Assembly (NCBI GenBank): GCA_001189215.1
Contig: LFCR01000005.1
Location: 1 to 32,854, forward strand
Direction: 5' to 3'
DNA: 32,854 nt
Source of the DNA: Parcubacteria bacterium C7867-008
GTDB taxonomy: Bacteria; Patescibacteriota; Minisyncoccia; Phycocordibacterales; Phycocordibacteraceae
The stretch's first letter is position 1. Every line of letters begins with the position of its first letter. Under the pieces are notes generated by a model. That model was not told the origin of the DNA. It ran no database searches and was given only the letters and a program-made list of their open reading frames with translations. The translations under genes and the position numbers were made by a program. Shown one piece after another: positions 18,876 to 27,401 of the stretch.

Positions 18876-19427
18876 ATGAAAATCGTCCTTGCGACGCCTC
18901 TGTATCCTCCTGACGTAGCCGTATCAGCTACTTATGCAAAAGAGCTGTTTGTACGGCTTGCTGGAGCACACCCAGAACACACATTCACGATTGTGACCTA
19001 TACTGCGCTTCCCGAAACCATTCAGAGAGTACGGATTGTTTCAGTGAATAAGGAACTGCCCCTCCCGCTCAGACTCCTTGCCTGTACAGCCACTCTTCTA
19101 AAAGAAACTCGTGGTGCAGACCTGCTCATTATTCATAATGGTGCATCCATGGAACTTCCTGGTGGAATTGCGTCTCTGTTTTCACGAATACGAGTTGCGT
19201 TTCAAATTACAGACACCTCCGCTCATGAACATGCGCAACGTAGTAAGGTTTTTGGAATGATTGAACGATTTGTTTCAAAACGTGCGCAACAAATACGTAT
19301 TCAATTACCGACACAGCGCCCTGAGATACTTCCCTTGCAGGCTTCACCTGAGACTGAACTATCTGCCTATGAAGAATCGTGGAAACGACATGTACTAGAT
19401 TTAGACTCAATCATCTTCCATGGCTAA
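18876..19427 (+). CDS. Stand-alone GT4 N-terminal (acceptor) domain-like protein
   Basis: N-terminus MKIVLATPLYPPD mirrors the neighbouring GT4 (MRLCIATPLYPPE), but no C-terminal donor-binding domain is present. ATG 18876 is preferred over GTG 18858. Confidence 0.7.
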   Translation: MKIVLATPLYPPDVAVSATYAKELFVRLAGAHPEHTFTIVTYTALPETIQRVRIVSVNKELPLPLRLLACTATLLKETRGADLLIIHNGASMELPGGIASLFSRIRVAFQITDTSAHEHAQRSKVFGMIERFVSKRAQQIRIQLPTQRPEILPLQASPETELSAYEESWKRHVLDLDSIIFHG

Positions 19428-20520
19428 CAACGAGAAAACAGAATGGGATGCATATATAACGGAAGAGCGTACTCATATTGAACCGTTACTTGCTGAACTT
19501 GGATACACTCTTGAAGAAGATCAGCCACATCTTTCGGGTGAGCGATATCTAATGCAAGCGGTAACAACAACTAGCGGAAGAAAACTTATTCTTATAGGCG
19601 TAGATACGGACGGAACTCGCGTAGTGATCAAGGCTACCCGAGATCCACGCGGCATGGAAGAACTCCTACATGAGCGTTCATGTAGACAGACACTTGAAAC
19701 TATCGATTTCGCCTACGATGTATTTCACACCCCTAAGGAATTAGTTTGGGTGAAAAGGAATGGATATCTAATTGTTATCCATGCGTTTATTGAACAGGAC
19801 TCAACATTTATTTCGCGACCAATTACCGAACAATTCTCTCTTGCCCTTTCAGCGTTTAAAGCTCAGGAGAGTGCTCGTGCAACCACCTACGCGCACATCC
19901 GTCGTGTACGGAATACATTCGGCAGCATGGATGCTACTGGGTATCTCAATACATTTGAAGGGTTCATTAGAAATATAAATACTCAGGAGTCTTCAAGTGA
20001 ATTAGCTAGCTTGTTGGACCAAGCGAAGAACTTACTCACCGAGAACAAAGACCGCATTCAGCAATACGGAGGGTTCCTAACGCACACCGATTTCGTCCCG
20101 CACAATTTCCGAGTTGTTGGTTCAGATATCTATCTTCTAGATACTGCTTCACTTCGATTCGGAAATAAATACGAGGGTTGGGCACGTTTCATAAATTTTA
20201 TGATGCTCTATAACCCTCCACTTGTTGAAGCATTCGTGCAATATGTCCGTGATAACCGTTCCCCAGAAGAATCAGAAGCTTTAAGGCTAATGCGTATTTA
20301 TCGCTTGGGAGAAATACTCTGTTACTACAGTGGCTGGGTTGAACGCGTCGATGAAAACCTCCTTGAGCTTACTCATGCACGTATTACCTTCTGGACTGAA
20401 GCACTCAATGCAGTATTAAAGAATGAATCACTTTCATCAGTCGCTCTGGACACATACCGCTCAAGGCGTGATGAGCTACGTAGTGAAGATGAGAAGCGTA
20501 GACAGGAGAATCTACACTAG
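19420..20520 (+). CDS. Protein-kinase-like phosphotransferase (APH/choline kinase-like)
   Basis: VVIK (beta3 Lys), downstream helix-C Glu, HTDFVPHN Brenner motif and YLLD metal-binding Asp. Confidence 0.8.
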   Translation: MANNEKTEWDAYITEERTHIEPLLAELGYTLEEDQPHLSGERYLMQAVTTTSGRKLILIGVDTDGTRVVIKATRDPRGMEELLHERSCRQTLETIDFAYDVFHTPKELVWVKRNGYLIVIHAFIEQDSTFISRPITEQFSLALSAFKAQESARATTYAHIRRVRNTFGSMDATGYLNTFEGFIRNINTQESSSELASLLDQAKNLLTENKDRIQQYGGFLTHTDFVPHNFRVVGSDIYLLDTASLRFGNKYEGWARFINFMMLYNPPLVEAFVQYVRDNRSPEESEALRLMRIYRLGEILCYYSGWVERVDENLLELTHARITFWTEALNAVLKNESLSSVALDTYRSRRDELRSEDEKRRQENLH

Positions 20521-21075
20521 TTACGTGAGTGCATTCATTTTCTGAACAAGCGCTTCGTATTCATCTACCAGTGGGTGCTGCCAGGTCTCTTTGAGCATAG
20601 CGAGCATAATGTCCTCAAACCATAGTTTCTTTTCACGGCCTGCGTTAAAGAGTTTCCATAGATCAGTACCTAATCGATCATGTGCACGTATCAGACTTTC
20701 TGCATTATGGATCTTGTCTGCGGTGGCAACCGCTTTCGCATCTTCTGATCCAATACGAACCGTTTCAACATACGCGCGCTTCTTATCCTCCCAGGTCAAA
20801 CCTTCTTGATTGGTCACGCTTGCAACAATGGTTGCTACCTCATCACCCAATTCCTCACGAATCTGATCAATAGTGTATTCAGTATCTTCGACGAGATCGT
20901 GTGTTAAACCTGCTGCAATCACCGTTTCTGAAAAACCGTGCTGTGCCAGTAGGATTGCCACCATTACCGGGTGAACAATATACGGAGAATTATCGTCTTT
21001 ACGTACCTGTATTGCGTGACCATCTACAGCCATACGTGTTGCTCTATCAAGTAGAGAGGATCCTTCAGTATTCAT
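20521..21075 (-). CDS. RelA/SpoT-type HD-domain small alarmone hydrolase (Mesh1/SAH-like)
   Basis: H..Q.RK...PYIVHP, HDLVEDT and ADKIHN; no synthetase domain. Start placed at ATG 21075 (the ORF track begins at 21111). Confidence 0.88.
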   Translation of the reverse strand: MNTEGSSLLDRATRMAVDGHAIQVRKDDNSPYIVHPVMVAILLAQHGFSETVIAAGLTHDLVEDTEYTIDQIREELGDEVATIVASVTNQEGLTWEDKKRAYVETVRIGSEDAKAVATADKIHNAESLIRAHDRLGTDLWKLFNAGREKKLWFEDIMLAMLKETWQHPLVDEYEALVQKMNALT

Positions 21076-21118
21076 ACAAAAAGTATGCCCTTTCAAATAC
21101 AGCATGTCCATAAAGGCA

Positions 21119-21142
21119 AAGGCGCAGCTGGGGCTGCGCCTT
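21119..21142 (-). terminator. Intrinsic terminator after the orphan cupin gene
   Basis: Minus strand AAGGCGCAGC-ccca-GCTGCGCCTT followed by TGCCTTTAT. Confidence 0.65.
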
Positions 21143-21160
21143 CATAGGGCCTTGTTGGTC

Positions 21161-21625
21161 CTATTGTCTGTAGTACGCACTCAAGACGGTCCCAGAATCG
21201 GGGAAGATTGCCAGTCTCGCATCGAGATCATGGGCGGGATCCCAGTCACTGGCGCCCTCCGCGCTACCGTGCTTGATCGTCGAGAACACGGTCTCGCTCC
21301 CCACAAATACGTTGTGCGGATGTAGTGCAGAGACTACGAAACTGCATGGCGCTTCGTGGAGCTTGAATTGCAGGTCACCCTCGATGAGTTCAGCGAGGAC
21401 GACCCAGCCCACTTGGACTGCGTAGACCTCGATAATACCCGAGTGATGACTGTGGCTATTTTGCCAGCCACCGGCGCCCTCCGACAGTGTGTCGGTGATG
21501 CTCACCGACAACCCAGACTCTTCATGACGAAGTCCGGCTCGACGTTCACCGTTCGGCATGGTCTTGAGCCTGAGGGTGATGTGATCGTACGGGGGATCTA
21601 GCTTAGCGCGAACGTCTTTGGCCAT
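21161..21625 (-). CDS. Cupin-like hypothetical protein
   Basis: HSHH...EVY...GWV and PHNV cupin metal-site pattern; GGGAGG SD upstream; visibly GC-richer than its flanks. Confidence 0.7.
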   Translation of the reverse strand: MAKDVRAKLDPPYDHITLRLKTMPNGERRAGLRHEESGLSVSITDTLSEGAGGWQNSHSHHSGIIEVYAVQVGWVVLAELIEGDLQFKLHEAPCSFVVSALHPHNVFVGSETVFSTIKHGSAEGASDWDPAHDLDARLAIFPDSGTVLSAYYRQ

Positions 21626-21674
21626 GTGGCCCTCCCATTTAGAAGATCATTGAGCGGTAGTGCTCTCATTAATT

Positions 21675-21702
21675 ATTATACTATATAAAATTATATAAGC
21701 AA
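21675..21702 (-). promoter_or_regulatory. Sigma70-like promoter for the orphan cupin gene
   Basis: TTGCTT-N16-TATAAT on the minus strand in an AT-rich gap. Confidence 0.55.
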
Positions 21703-22878
21703 CTATTGTAGCGTCGGGTTGAATATACGTTCTTGCATCTGCTTTGCAACGAGGTCCCAGTCGTAGTTCTCAAGAACCATAACACGCGCATTCTTAGTTA
21801 CTTGTTTCACCTTCTCTGGATGCGCCAGTATGTCTTTCACTGCTTCTGCAATTTGTTCAGGAGAATCTTTTTCGACTACCCACGCTGTTGGTGTTTTGTC
21901 TGGAGTATATTTCTCATCAAAGACGAACTCAGCAAGACCCCCCTCTCGTGTGGCGACAACCGGCAAACGTGAAGCCATTGCAGACAGGAATGCGTTACCC
22001 AATCCTTCTGAACGTGATGGGCCCACAAAAATATCGGATGCCTTTCTATACGCTGTTACTTCACTACGATCTACGGGCCCAATGAATATAACTCGCTCAT
22101 TGAGATTTAATTCAGTGGCAAGTGTTTTAAGTGCAGCGTCATCTGGTCCACCACCCACGATGACTAATTTTACGTGTTCAGGAAGAGACGTGAGGGCGCA
22201 AATTGTATCTTCGTACCCTTTCTGATGTACCAACCGCGCAGTATTAACGAGCCAGATATCTCCTTCTTTCTTTCCAATCTTTTGTTGGAGTGTGATGATC
22301 TCTTGTTCTGAGACAGACTCATGGAGATCTTTTGGGTTGGCACCGTTGTGGATGAGCTCAATACGTCCCGTATATCCACGTTTCGGTGGCCAGGTACCTA
22401 GGTATGAAGAAATAACTTGTATCACTGACGCAGAACGAATACCTGCGTCGATAAGTGGTGTCAAAGGTTTAATGAAAGTTCGTTCGAAAACCTTTTCATA
22501 GGGATCACCATCCTGGAACGTAATGATGTGCGGTACTCGTACACCAAGAAACTTTGCCAACATGGTGGGCATGGTCATATACGTCATCATTGCCCACATA
22601 CCATTAAACTCGAGTCGTCTGTGCAATGAAGCAGCTTTGAGTGCAGCCAGTGGTATGAATAGTGCTTTAGATAGGAATGCTCCACCAAGTCCAACTCGGT
22701 ATATTTGTGTATTTCCTATCTTCTCAGTGCGAGGAGCTTTTGGTTCAAATAAAAGGGTGATGAGGTGAAACTCAACATCGCTAGGATCAATACGATCGGT
22801 GATTTCTTTTATGGCTGCTTCAGCCCCTGATACAAAGCTCGGGTAGTATGCAAGAGAAAATATGAGTACGCGTTTCAT
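21703..22878 (-). CDS. Glycosyltransferase family 4
   Basis: SGAE, TARLVHQKG and SRSEGLGNAFLSAMASRLPVVAT. Confidence 0.93.
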   Translation of the reverse strand: MKRVLIFSLAYYPSFVSGAEAAIKEITDRIDPSDVEFHLITLLFEPKAPRTEKIGNTQIYRVGLGGAFLSKALFIPLAALKAASLHRRLEFNGMWAMMTYMTMPTMLAKFLGVRVPHIITFQDGDPYEKVFERTFIKPLTPLIDAGIRSASVIQVISSYLGTWPPKRGYTGRIELIHNGANPKDLHESVSEQEIITLQQKIGKKEGDIWLVNTARLVHQKGYEDTICALTSLPEHVKLVIVGGGPDDAALKTLATELNLNERVIFIGPVDRSEVTAYRKASDIFVGPSRSEGLGNAFLSAMASRLPVVATREGGLAEFVFDEKYTPDKTPTAWVVEKDSPEQIAEAVKDILAHPEKVKQVTKNARVMVLENYDWDLVAKQMQERIFNPTLQ

Positions 22879-22879
22879 A

Positions 22880-23755
22880 CTATTGGGATTGTTTTACTGA
22901 TTCGATATAGTCCACGAGTGTGTGTTCCTGTTTCCATCCAAGTGCCTCGATCTTTGAGGTATCGTCTGAACTTGATGAACGAGATGATTTAGTTTGTTCA
23001 TGCATCTCAATAGGTCCCCCAAACATCTCCGCCACCTCACGTATTGAGTGAGTCTCTTTGGCACTTATGTTGAAACCATCTCCTTCCCCTTTCTCTCCTG
23101 CAAGGATTATTCCTTCCACCGTATCAAGTACGTGGGTGAATGCTCGGGTCTGTGTACCGGGTGCATTCACTTTATGAGGAACTCCATTGAGTACATTCTG
23201 TCTAAATGTTTCGATGAGTGTTCCGTATACTTCACGACTACGCTCACGTGGGCCGTATACGTTATAGAAATAAACGATGGCATGTGGGAGTTGATACCAG
23301 GAACCGTAATTAGTTACGAGACTAACGTTTGATGCTTTGGCCCAGGTGTAAGGAGAAAGATCCTTTCCTTCTGTGAGACCATCCGTTGCATGGGTAGAAG
23401 TGGACTTTGTTGAAGACGCCGCATACACGAGCTTGCTACCGCGCGCACGACAAAACTCAAGCACAGCCTGAGTCCCAACCGTATTTAGATCCCACACCAA
23501 TGCAGGCTCTTCAAGACTCTTGTTTACTCGCGCATATTCACCAAGATGGTAGACGATGGCTGGCGTCTCTGGAATGAGAGTTTCTATGTCTTTGGTATGC
23601 CCTTCCCGATATTCAACTCCTTCTACGTGATTCTCACGAGACCCGGCGAAATAATTGTCTAGCGAAATAACCTGGTTACCATCAGCAACCAAGCGCTCAC
23701 ACAGATGGGAGCCAACGAATCCGGCACCTCCGGTTACAAGTAAAAGCTTAGACAT
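22880..23755 (-). CDS. NAD-dependent epimerase/dehydratase (extended SDR)
   Basis: LVTGGAGFVGSHL, SPYTWAK (YxxxK), YNVYGPRE and QTRAFTHV. Start placed at ATG 23755. Confidence 0.92.
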   Translation of the reverse strand: MSKLLLVTGGAGFVGSHLCERLVADGNQVISLDNYFAGSRENHVEGVEYREGHTKDIETLIPETPAIVYHLGEYARVNKSLEEPALVWDLNTVGTQAVLEFCRARGSKLVYAASSTKSTSTHATDGLTEGKDLSPYTWAKASNVSLVTNYGSWYQLPHAIVYFYNVYGPRERSREVYGTLIETFRQNVLNGVPHKVNAPGTQTRAFTHVLDTVEGIILAGEKGEGDGFNISAKETHSIREVAEMFGGPIEMHEQTKSSRSSSSDDTSKIEALGWKQEHTLVDYIESVKQSQ

Positions 23756-23780
23756 AGGGTATGGGAGAAGTATAGCAAGC

Positions 23781-23817
23781 GGCCCGTCCTCCCGCATTTC
23801 GTGCGAGAGGACGGGCC
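23781..23817 (-). terminator. GC-rich 16-bp hairpin downstream of the ATPase gene (terminator or stabilising stem)
   Basis: Minus strand GGCCCGTCCTCTCGCA-cgaaa-TGCGGGAGGACGGGCC, fully paired with one G-U; weak U-tract. Confidence 0.55.
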
Positions 23818-23900
23818 AACTATGCTCGAATCATGAAAATCTTTGTTAGCTGCTTATATCAATCATTCGCTACTTTGATACCACTCCTCTAGCCCAAAGG

Positions 23901-25742
23901 TTACCGATCTTTAAAAAGATCTCGTAGAGTTTGCTCCGGTACTTCGTATGGAGACTGTGACGCTACTTCAGCAATTGGTTTCCTTTTTTCAACTGGTTCA
24001 TCACTATCGCGTTCTGGCATTGGTGGTTTAGGACGAGGCTTTGGCATAGGTGTTGGTTCTGCCTGCTCCTTCTTCAAGACATCAGCAAGTGCACCCTTGA
24101 GTGATCCTGATGGTTGTTCGGGTTTCGCTTTCGTTCGTTCGTTACTTGCGGTCTCCGCCATACCTCGAAGTATTGCTTTGAGATCTTCCGTTGATTTAGG
24201 TGCAGGCATTTGTTGTTGCGGACGATCCTGACGTGGTGGTCTGGAGTCTGAAGAATGATTATCATCACGACGTGGTCGATCATCTTGGCTGCGGGTAGGA
24301 CGATCTGAAGATGGTCGTGGACGATCATCGGTACGTGGACGGTCCTCACGAGGTCGATCATTTGAAGGACGTGGAGGATATGCATTCTGTCCTCCTGCAG
24401 GCTTTGCATAGGAACGTTTTGCAGGAGGTTCAGGTGGTCCATTTTCTCCTTCTGTTGAAGCGAGTTCTGCAAAGATTGCCTCTTCAATAGCCGCACGGTG
24501 GTTACCAAACTGGGCTCGAGAGGCTGCAATCACTTCCTTTTTAAGTGATACTGGTGGTGGCTCAATAGATGGAATCGATACTGCAGAAAAGGGCCGTGAA
24601 CCTACTCCATTGATCATGAGAGAAAGATATAACTGGAACTGACCGAGATTAACCAGATCTTCTTTCATAAATTCAGGACTGAATACCGTCTCAAGCACTT
24701 CAGCATCGAATGGTCCAACACGGAACGCAACCGTAGTACCCACGTTACCGAACACTGCAGCTCTCACTTGTTCTTCCATCTGCTCCACATACTGATGTGC
24801 AATGACAAGATTCAAATTATATTTACGTGCCTCAGAGAGAATTTCTGCAAACGTCTCATTAGCAAAGTTTTGGAACTCGTCCACATAGAAATAGAAAGGA
24901 ACACTATTCTTAAGTGCTTCCGGATCAAGCTCTGCACGACTCATGGCACCGAGGAAGATGCGTGTGGTAAGCATAGAACCAAGGAGACGCATGTTGGTAT
25001 CACCCACCAATCCTTTGGAAAGATTGATGAGAAGAATCTTCTTGCTGTCCATCAGTTCACGAATATCAAAAGAAGACTTCTCTTGGCCAATGATGTTACG
25101 AATCAACGGGTTGCTGGTGAACTGACCAATCTTGTTCTGAATTGCTGGTGTTGCCTCCTGGGTATATCGGTCACCGTAATTAGCAAATTCCTTCGTCCAG
25201 AAATCTTTCACCACAGGATCCTTGATGTTATCGATCACCTTCTTACGATATGCCTTATCGGTATACATGCGGTTCACACCAAGGAGCGTTGCACCTGGGT
25301 ACTCAAGAAGTGCGAGGAGTGTGTTGGTGAGAATGTACTCCATACGAGCACTCCAGGCGTCCTGCCAAATCTTCTTGAACGTTGCCATGAGGCCAGATAC
25401 TACGAGGTGGCGTTTGTCGTATCCAACGTCCTCCATGATATTGAACGCGATAGGTTGCTCCATATCGAATGGCGCAAAATACACCACATCCTTCATGCGA
25501 TGCTCTGGAATGTATTCAAGAAGCTTCTCTACCGCACTACCGTGTGGGTCGATGAAAGCCATACCCTCACCATTGCGAATATCTTGAATCGCCATGTTCT
25601 CAAGCAGAGTCGACTTACCCATACCCGTCTTACCGATCACATACATGTGTCGGTTACGGTCTTTGGCTTTAAGCCCAAATGGTACGCGTTTGCCACGCGA
25701 GTCTGTCGCGGCGAAATACGTTACGCGATCCTGATTGTCCAT
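23901..25742 (-). CDS. TraD/TrwB/VirD4-like (HerA-FtsK superfamily) ATPase without TM anchor, with disordered C-terminal tail
   Basis: HMYVIGKTGMGKS Walker A, IDPHG, FYVDEFQNF Walker B and EARKY..AHQY. Start placed at ATG 25742. Confidence 0.9.
   Translation of the reverse strand: MDNQDRVTYFAATDSRGKRVPFGLKAKDRNRHMYVIGKTGMGKSTLLENMAIQDIRNGEGMAFIDPHGSAVEKLLEYIPEHRMKDVVYFAPFDMEQPIAFNIMEDVGYDKRHLVVSGLMATFKKIWQDAWSARMEYILTNTLLALLEYPGATLLGVNRMYTDKAYRKKVIDNIKDPVVKDFWTKEFANYGDRYTQEATPAIQNKIGQFTSNPLIRNIIGQEKSSFDIRELMDSKKILLINLSKGLVGDTNMRLLGSMLTTRIFLGAMSRAELDPEALKNSVPFYFYVDEFQNFANETFAEILSEARKYNLNLVIAHQYVEQMEEQVRAAVFGNVGTTVAFRVGPFDAEVLETVFSPEFMKEDLVNLGQFQLYLSLMINGVGSRPFSAVSIPSIEPPPVSLKKEVIAASRAQFGNHRAAIEEAIFAELASTEGENGPPEPPAKRSYAKPAGGQNAYPPRPSNDRPREDRPRTDDRPRPSSDRPTRSQDDRPRRDDNHSSDSRPPRQDRPQQQMPAPKSTEDLKAILRGMAETASNERTKAKPEQPSGSLKGALADVLKKEQAEPTPMPKPRPKPPMPERDSDEPVEKRKPIAEVASQSPYEVPEQTLRDLFKDR
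24219..24365 (-). repeat. Degenerate coding repeat (DRP[R/T/Q]) in the ATPase tail
   Basis: SNDRPREDRPRTDDRPRPSSDRPTRSQDDRPRR...QDRPQ. Confidence 0.7.
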
Positions 25743-25783
25743 TAATTTATTATAGCGCGTAGTGCTTCGTACGTAACAGGAAA

Positions 25784-25814
25784 GAGCCGCCAAACCAAAT
25801 TGTTTGTGCGGCTC
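25784..25814 (-). terminator. Probable intrinsic terminator
   Basis: Minus strand GAGCCGC(a)CAAAC-aatttg-GTTTG-GCGGCTC followed by TTTCCTGTT. Confidence 0.6.
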
Positions 25815-25837
25815 CCCAGATGTAGTTGTGACTACGT

Positions 25838-26026
25838 TCAGGACTTGTCGTCCGTGCCCGCTCCATCAAAGAGATCCGGCTGAGGGTTGGGATTCTGTCG
25901 CAGATTCTCTCCTCCTTCTGCAATAGGCTCTTCCGATGGGCTACCCTTCGGATAGGGTCTGTACCCATCTTCCCATGGTCTGTTGTCTCCCACTGTCTTG
26001 TACTCCGTACTAGTGTTGCGTCCCAC
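25838..26026 (-). CDS. Small acidic hypothetical protein (62 aa)
   Basis: Fills an intergenic gap, is co-oriented with its neighbours and is followed by a terminator; GTG start. Confidence 0.45.
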   Translation of the reverse strand: MGRNTSTEYKTVGDNRPWEDGYRPYPKGSPSEEPIAEGGENLRQNPNPQPDLFDGAGTDDKS

Positions 26027-26059
26027 AAAACTCTACTCTTTCAGAGTTGAGCAGTCCAG

Positions 26060-27184
26060 CTACTGGAACTGAATGAAGAGTGGTTGTGGCGTGAGCTTAA
26101 GAAGTTCTGCAGGTGTGAGGAGGCGTGTAGAAGGTGGCTTTAAGTCGTTCTTGTAGAAGAGTTTAAATCCTGTGAATTGCACCGGCTTATTTGCAATAAA
26201 TTGTTGGTAGGTGTTGAGCTTCTTTGCGGGGGGGCCCCAACCGTCCATATCCATAAGCACCTGAACTTCAGGTACCGGTTTTATGTTCTCAGTACCAGTA
26301 ACCATATTGTTGGTGAAACGATGTATGACAAGTACCTTCGGTGGAAGATTATTATCCTGCACGAGCTTAGCAAGATGACTGATTGCATAATTAACATCAG
26401 CAGAACTAAATGTGCCAATCACCGTACCGGGTTCCTCTCCACCTTTCATGGAGAACTCGGGATCAATCGCAAGGTGCACGTTTGGCATCATGAGGTACTT
26501 ATCAAGGAGTGGCATTTCAGTCTGGAGCGTACTCAAGCCAACCTGGATATCGAGTATGACGATGCCATCCACCTGCTTTGCAAGTTGTACTGCTTTATCT
26601 ATCTCGGTATCTGGCATACGGAAACGATACTTTCCATCTTTACCAGGACTTCCTTGTGCAGTTATTGCGATGTAATCAATCGCCGGGATGGCTGGAGTTG
26701 ATGGGTCTGCTGCATTCCACTTCGCAACTTCAGCCTTTAGTTTAGGAATCATTACCTCTGGTGGGTATTCACCGAGCACACCCATCTTTGTTGAATAGAA
26801 GTTACCGTAGAACGCGATGATGCGCTTGTACGGAAGAATTGCTCCTTGTTTTGGATAGACCCCAACAGCATTCTTTGCAGGCCACAATTTAACCGTGGTG
26901 GTTGAAGTTGTTGAAGCGTAGTTAGCGTTTGCAATGAGACGCTTATCATAGTCTGCGGTATTGAACTTTGGCGCAACCACTTCTGCCACTTTCTTTGTTA
27001 CGGCATCAAGTTTACCTGGTTTGCCGTCGCGATTATATTCAACCGCAAACACGTCTGAGAATCCGATTATATATACGAGTACAAGAAAGATGCCAGTGCA
27101 CAGCGCGAACCATAGATGTCGTGATTGCTTCGCATCTGAAGCGGCATGCGAAGTACGGGAGGAACGAGGTTTTGGAAACGTCAT
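26060..27184 (-). CDS. Membrane-anchored/exported conserved hypothetical protein
   Basis: N-terminal TM helix and Thr-rich linker; FYGN..S.KMGVLGEY, LDIQVG, HLAIDPEF and MDGWG motifs of a widespread uncharacterised family. Start placed at ATG 27184. Confidence 0.8.
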   Translation of the reverse strand: MTFPKPRSSRTSHAASDAKQSRHLWFALCTGIFLVLVYIIGFSDVFAVEYNRDGKPGKLDAVTKKVAEVVAPKFNTADYDKRLIANANYASTTSTTTVKLWPAKNAVGVYPKQGAILPYKRIIAFYGNFYSTKMGVLGEYPPEVMIPKLKAEVAKWNAADPSTPAIPAIDYIAITAQGSPGKDGKYRFRMPDTEIDKAVQLAKQVDGIVILDIQVGLSTLQTEMPLLDKYLMMPNVHLAIDPEFSMKGGEEPGTVIGTFSSADVNYAISHLAKLVQDNNLPPKVLVIHRFTNNMVTGTENIKPVPEVQVLMDMDGWGPPAKKLNTYQQFIANKPVQFTGFKLFYKNDLKPPSTRLLTPAELLKLTPQPLFIQFQ

Positions 27185-27185
27185 A

Positions 27186-27389
27186 CTATGGTTGTGCAAT
27201 CACCTCTTGAGAGGAGACCACACGGACTGCCTGCTGATTTCTCTTACGAACCACATAAGAGATACCGATAAGTGTTACTATCCCACCAAGGATAGGGAGC
27301 ACCCAAACGAGGATAGCGAGAGGAAGGCCAATAAACGGCGAAAAGACCACAAGCAGACCAACGATAATCAAGAGCCGTTCACGAGACAT
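27186..27389 (-). CDS. Small two-TM membrane protein
   Basis: Hydrophobic hairpin (SPFIGLP) with a basic tail; tightly packed between its neighbours. Confidence 0.75.
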   Translation of the reverse strand: MSRERLLIIVGLLVVFSPFIGLPLAILVWVLPILGGIVTLIGISYVVRKRNQQAVRVVSSQEVIAQP

Positions 27390-27401
27390 GCCCTTAGTGT
27401 A

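Noticed and set aside
20521-21075. HD protein as a Cas3-type nuclease or defence gene
   Set aside because: The motifs are of the RelA/SpoT hydrolase type, and no cas genes or repeat-spacer array are seen in the window.
19420-21075. Kinase plus HD hydrolase as a toxin-antitoxin pair
   Set aside because: The genes are convergent rather than co-transcribed, and the kinase is coupled to the half-GT gene instead.
23901-25742. Conjugative element / ICE
   Set aside because: No relaxase, VirB4, integrase or att sites are visible, and the neighbours are housekeeping and envelope genes.
24768-25745. 325-aa plus-strand ORF
   Set aside because: It lies antisense to the conserved ATPase, has no motifs, and is a typical shadow ORF arising from codon bias.
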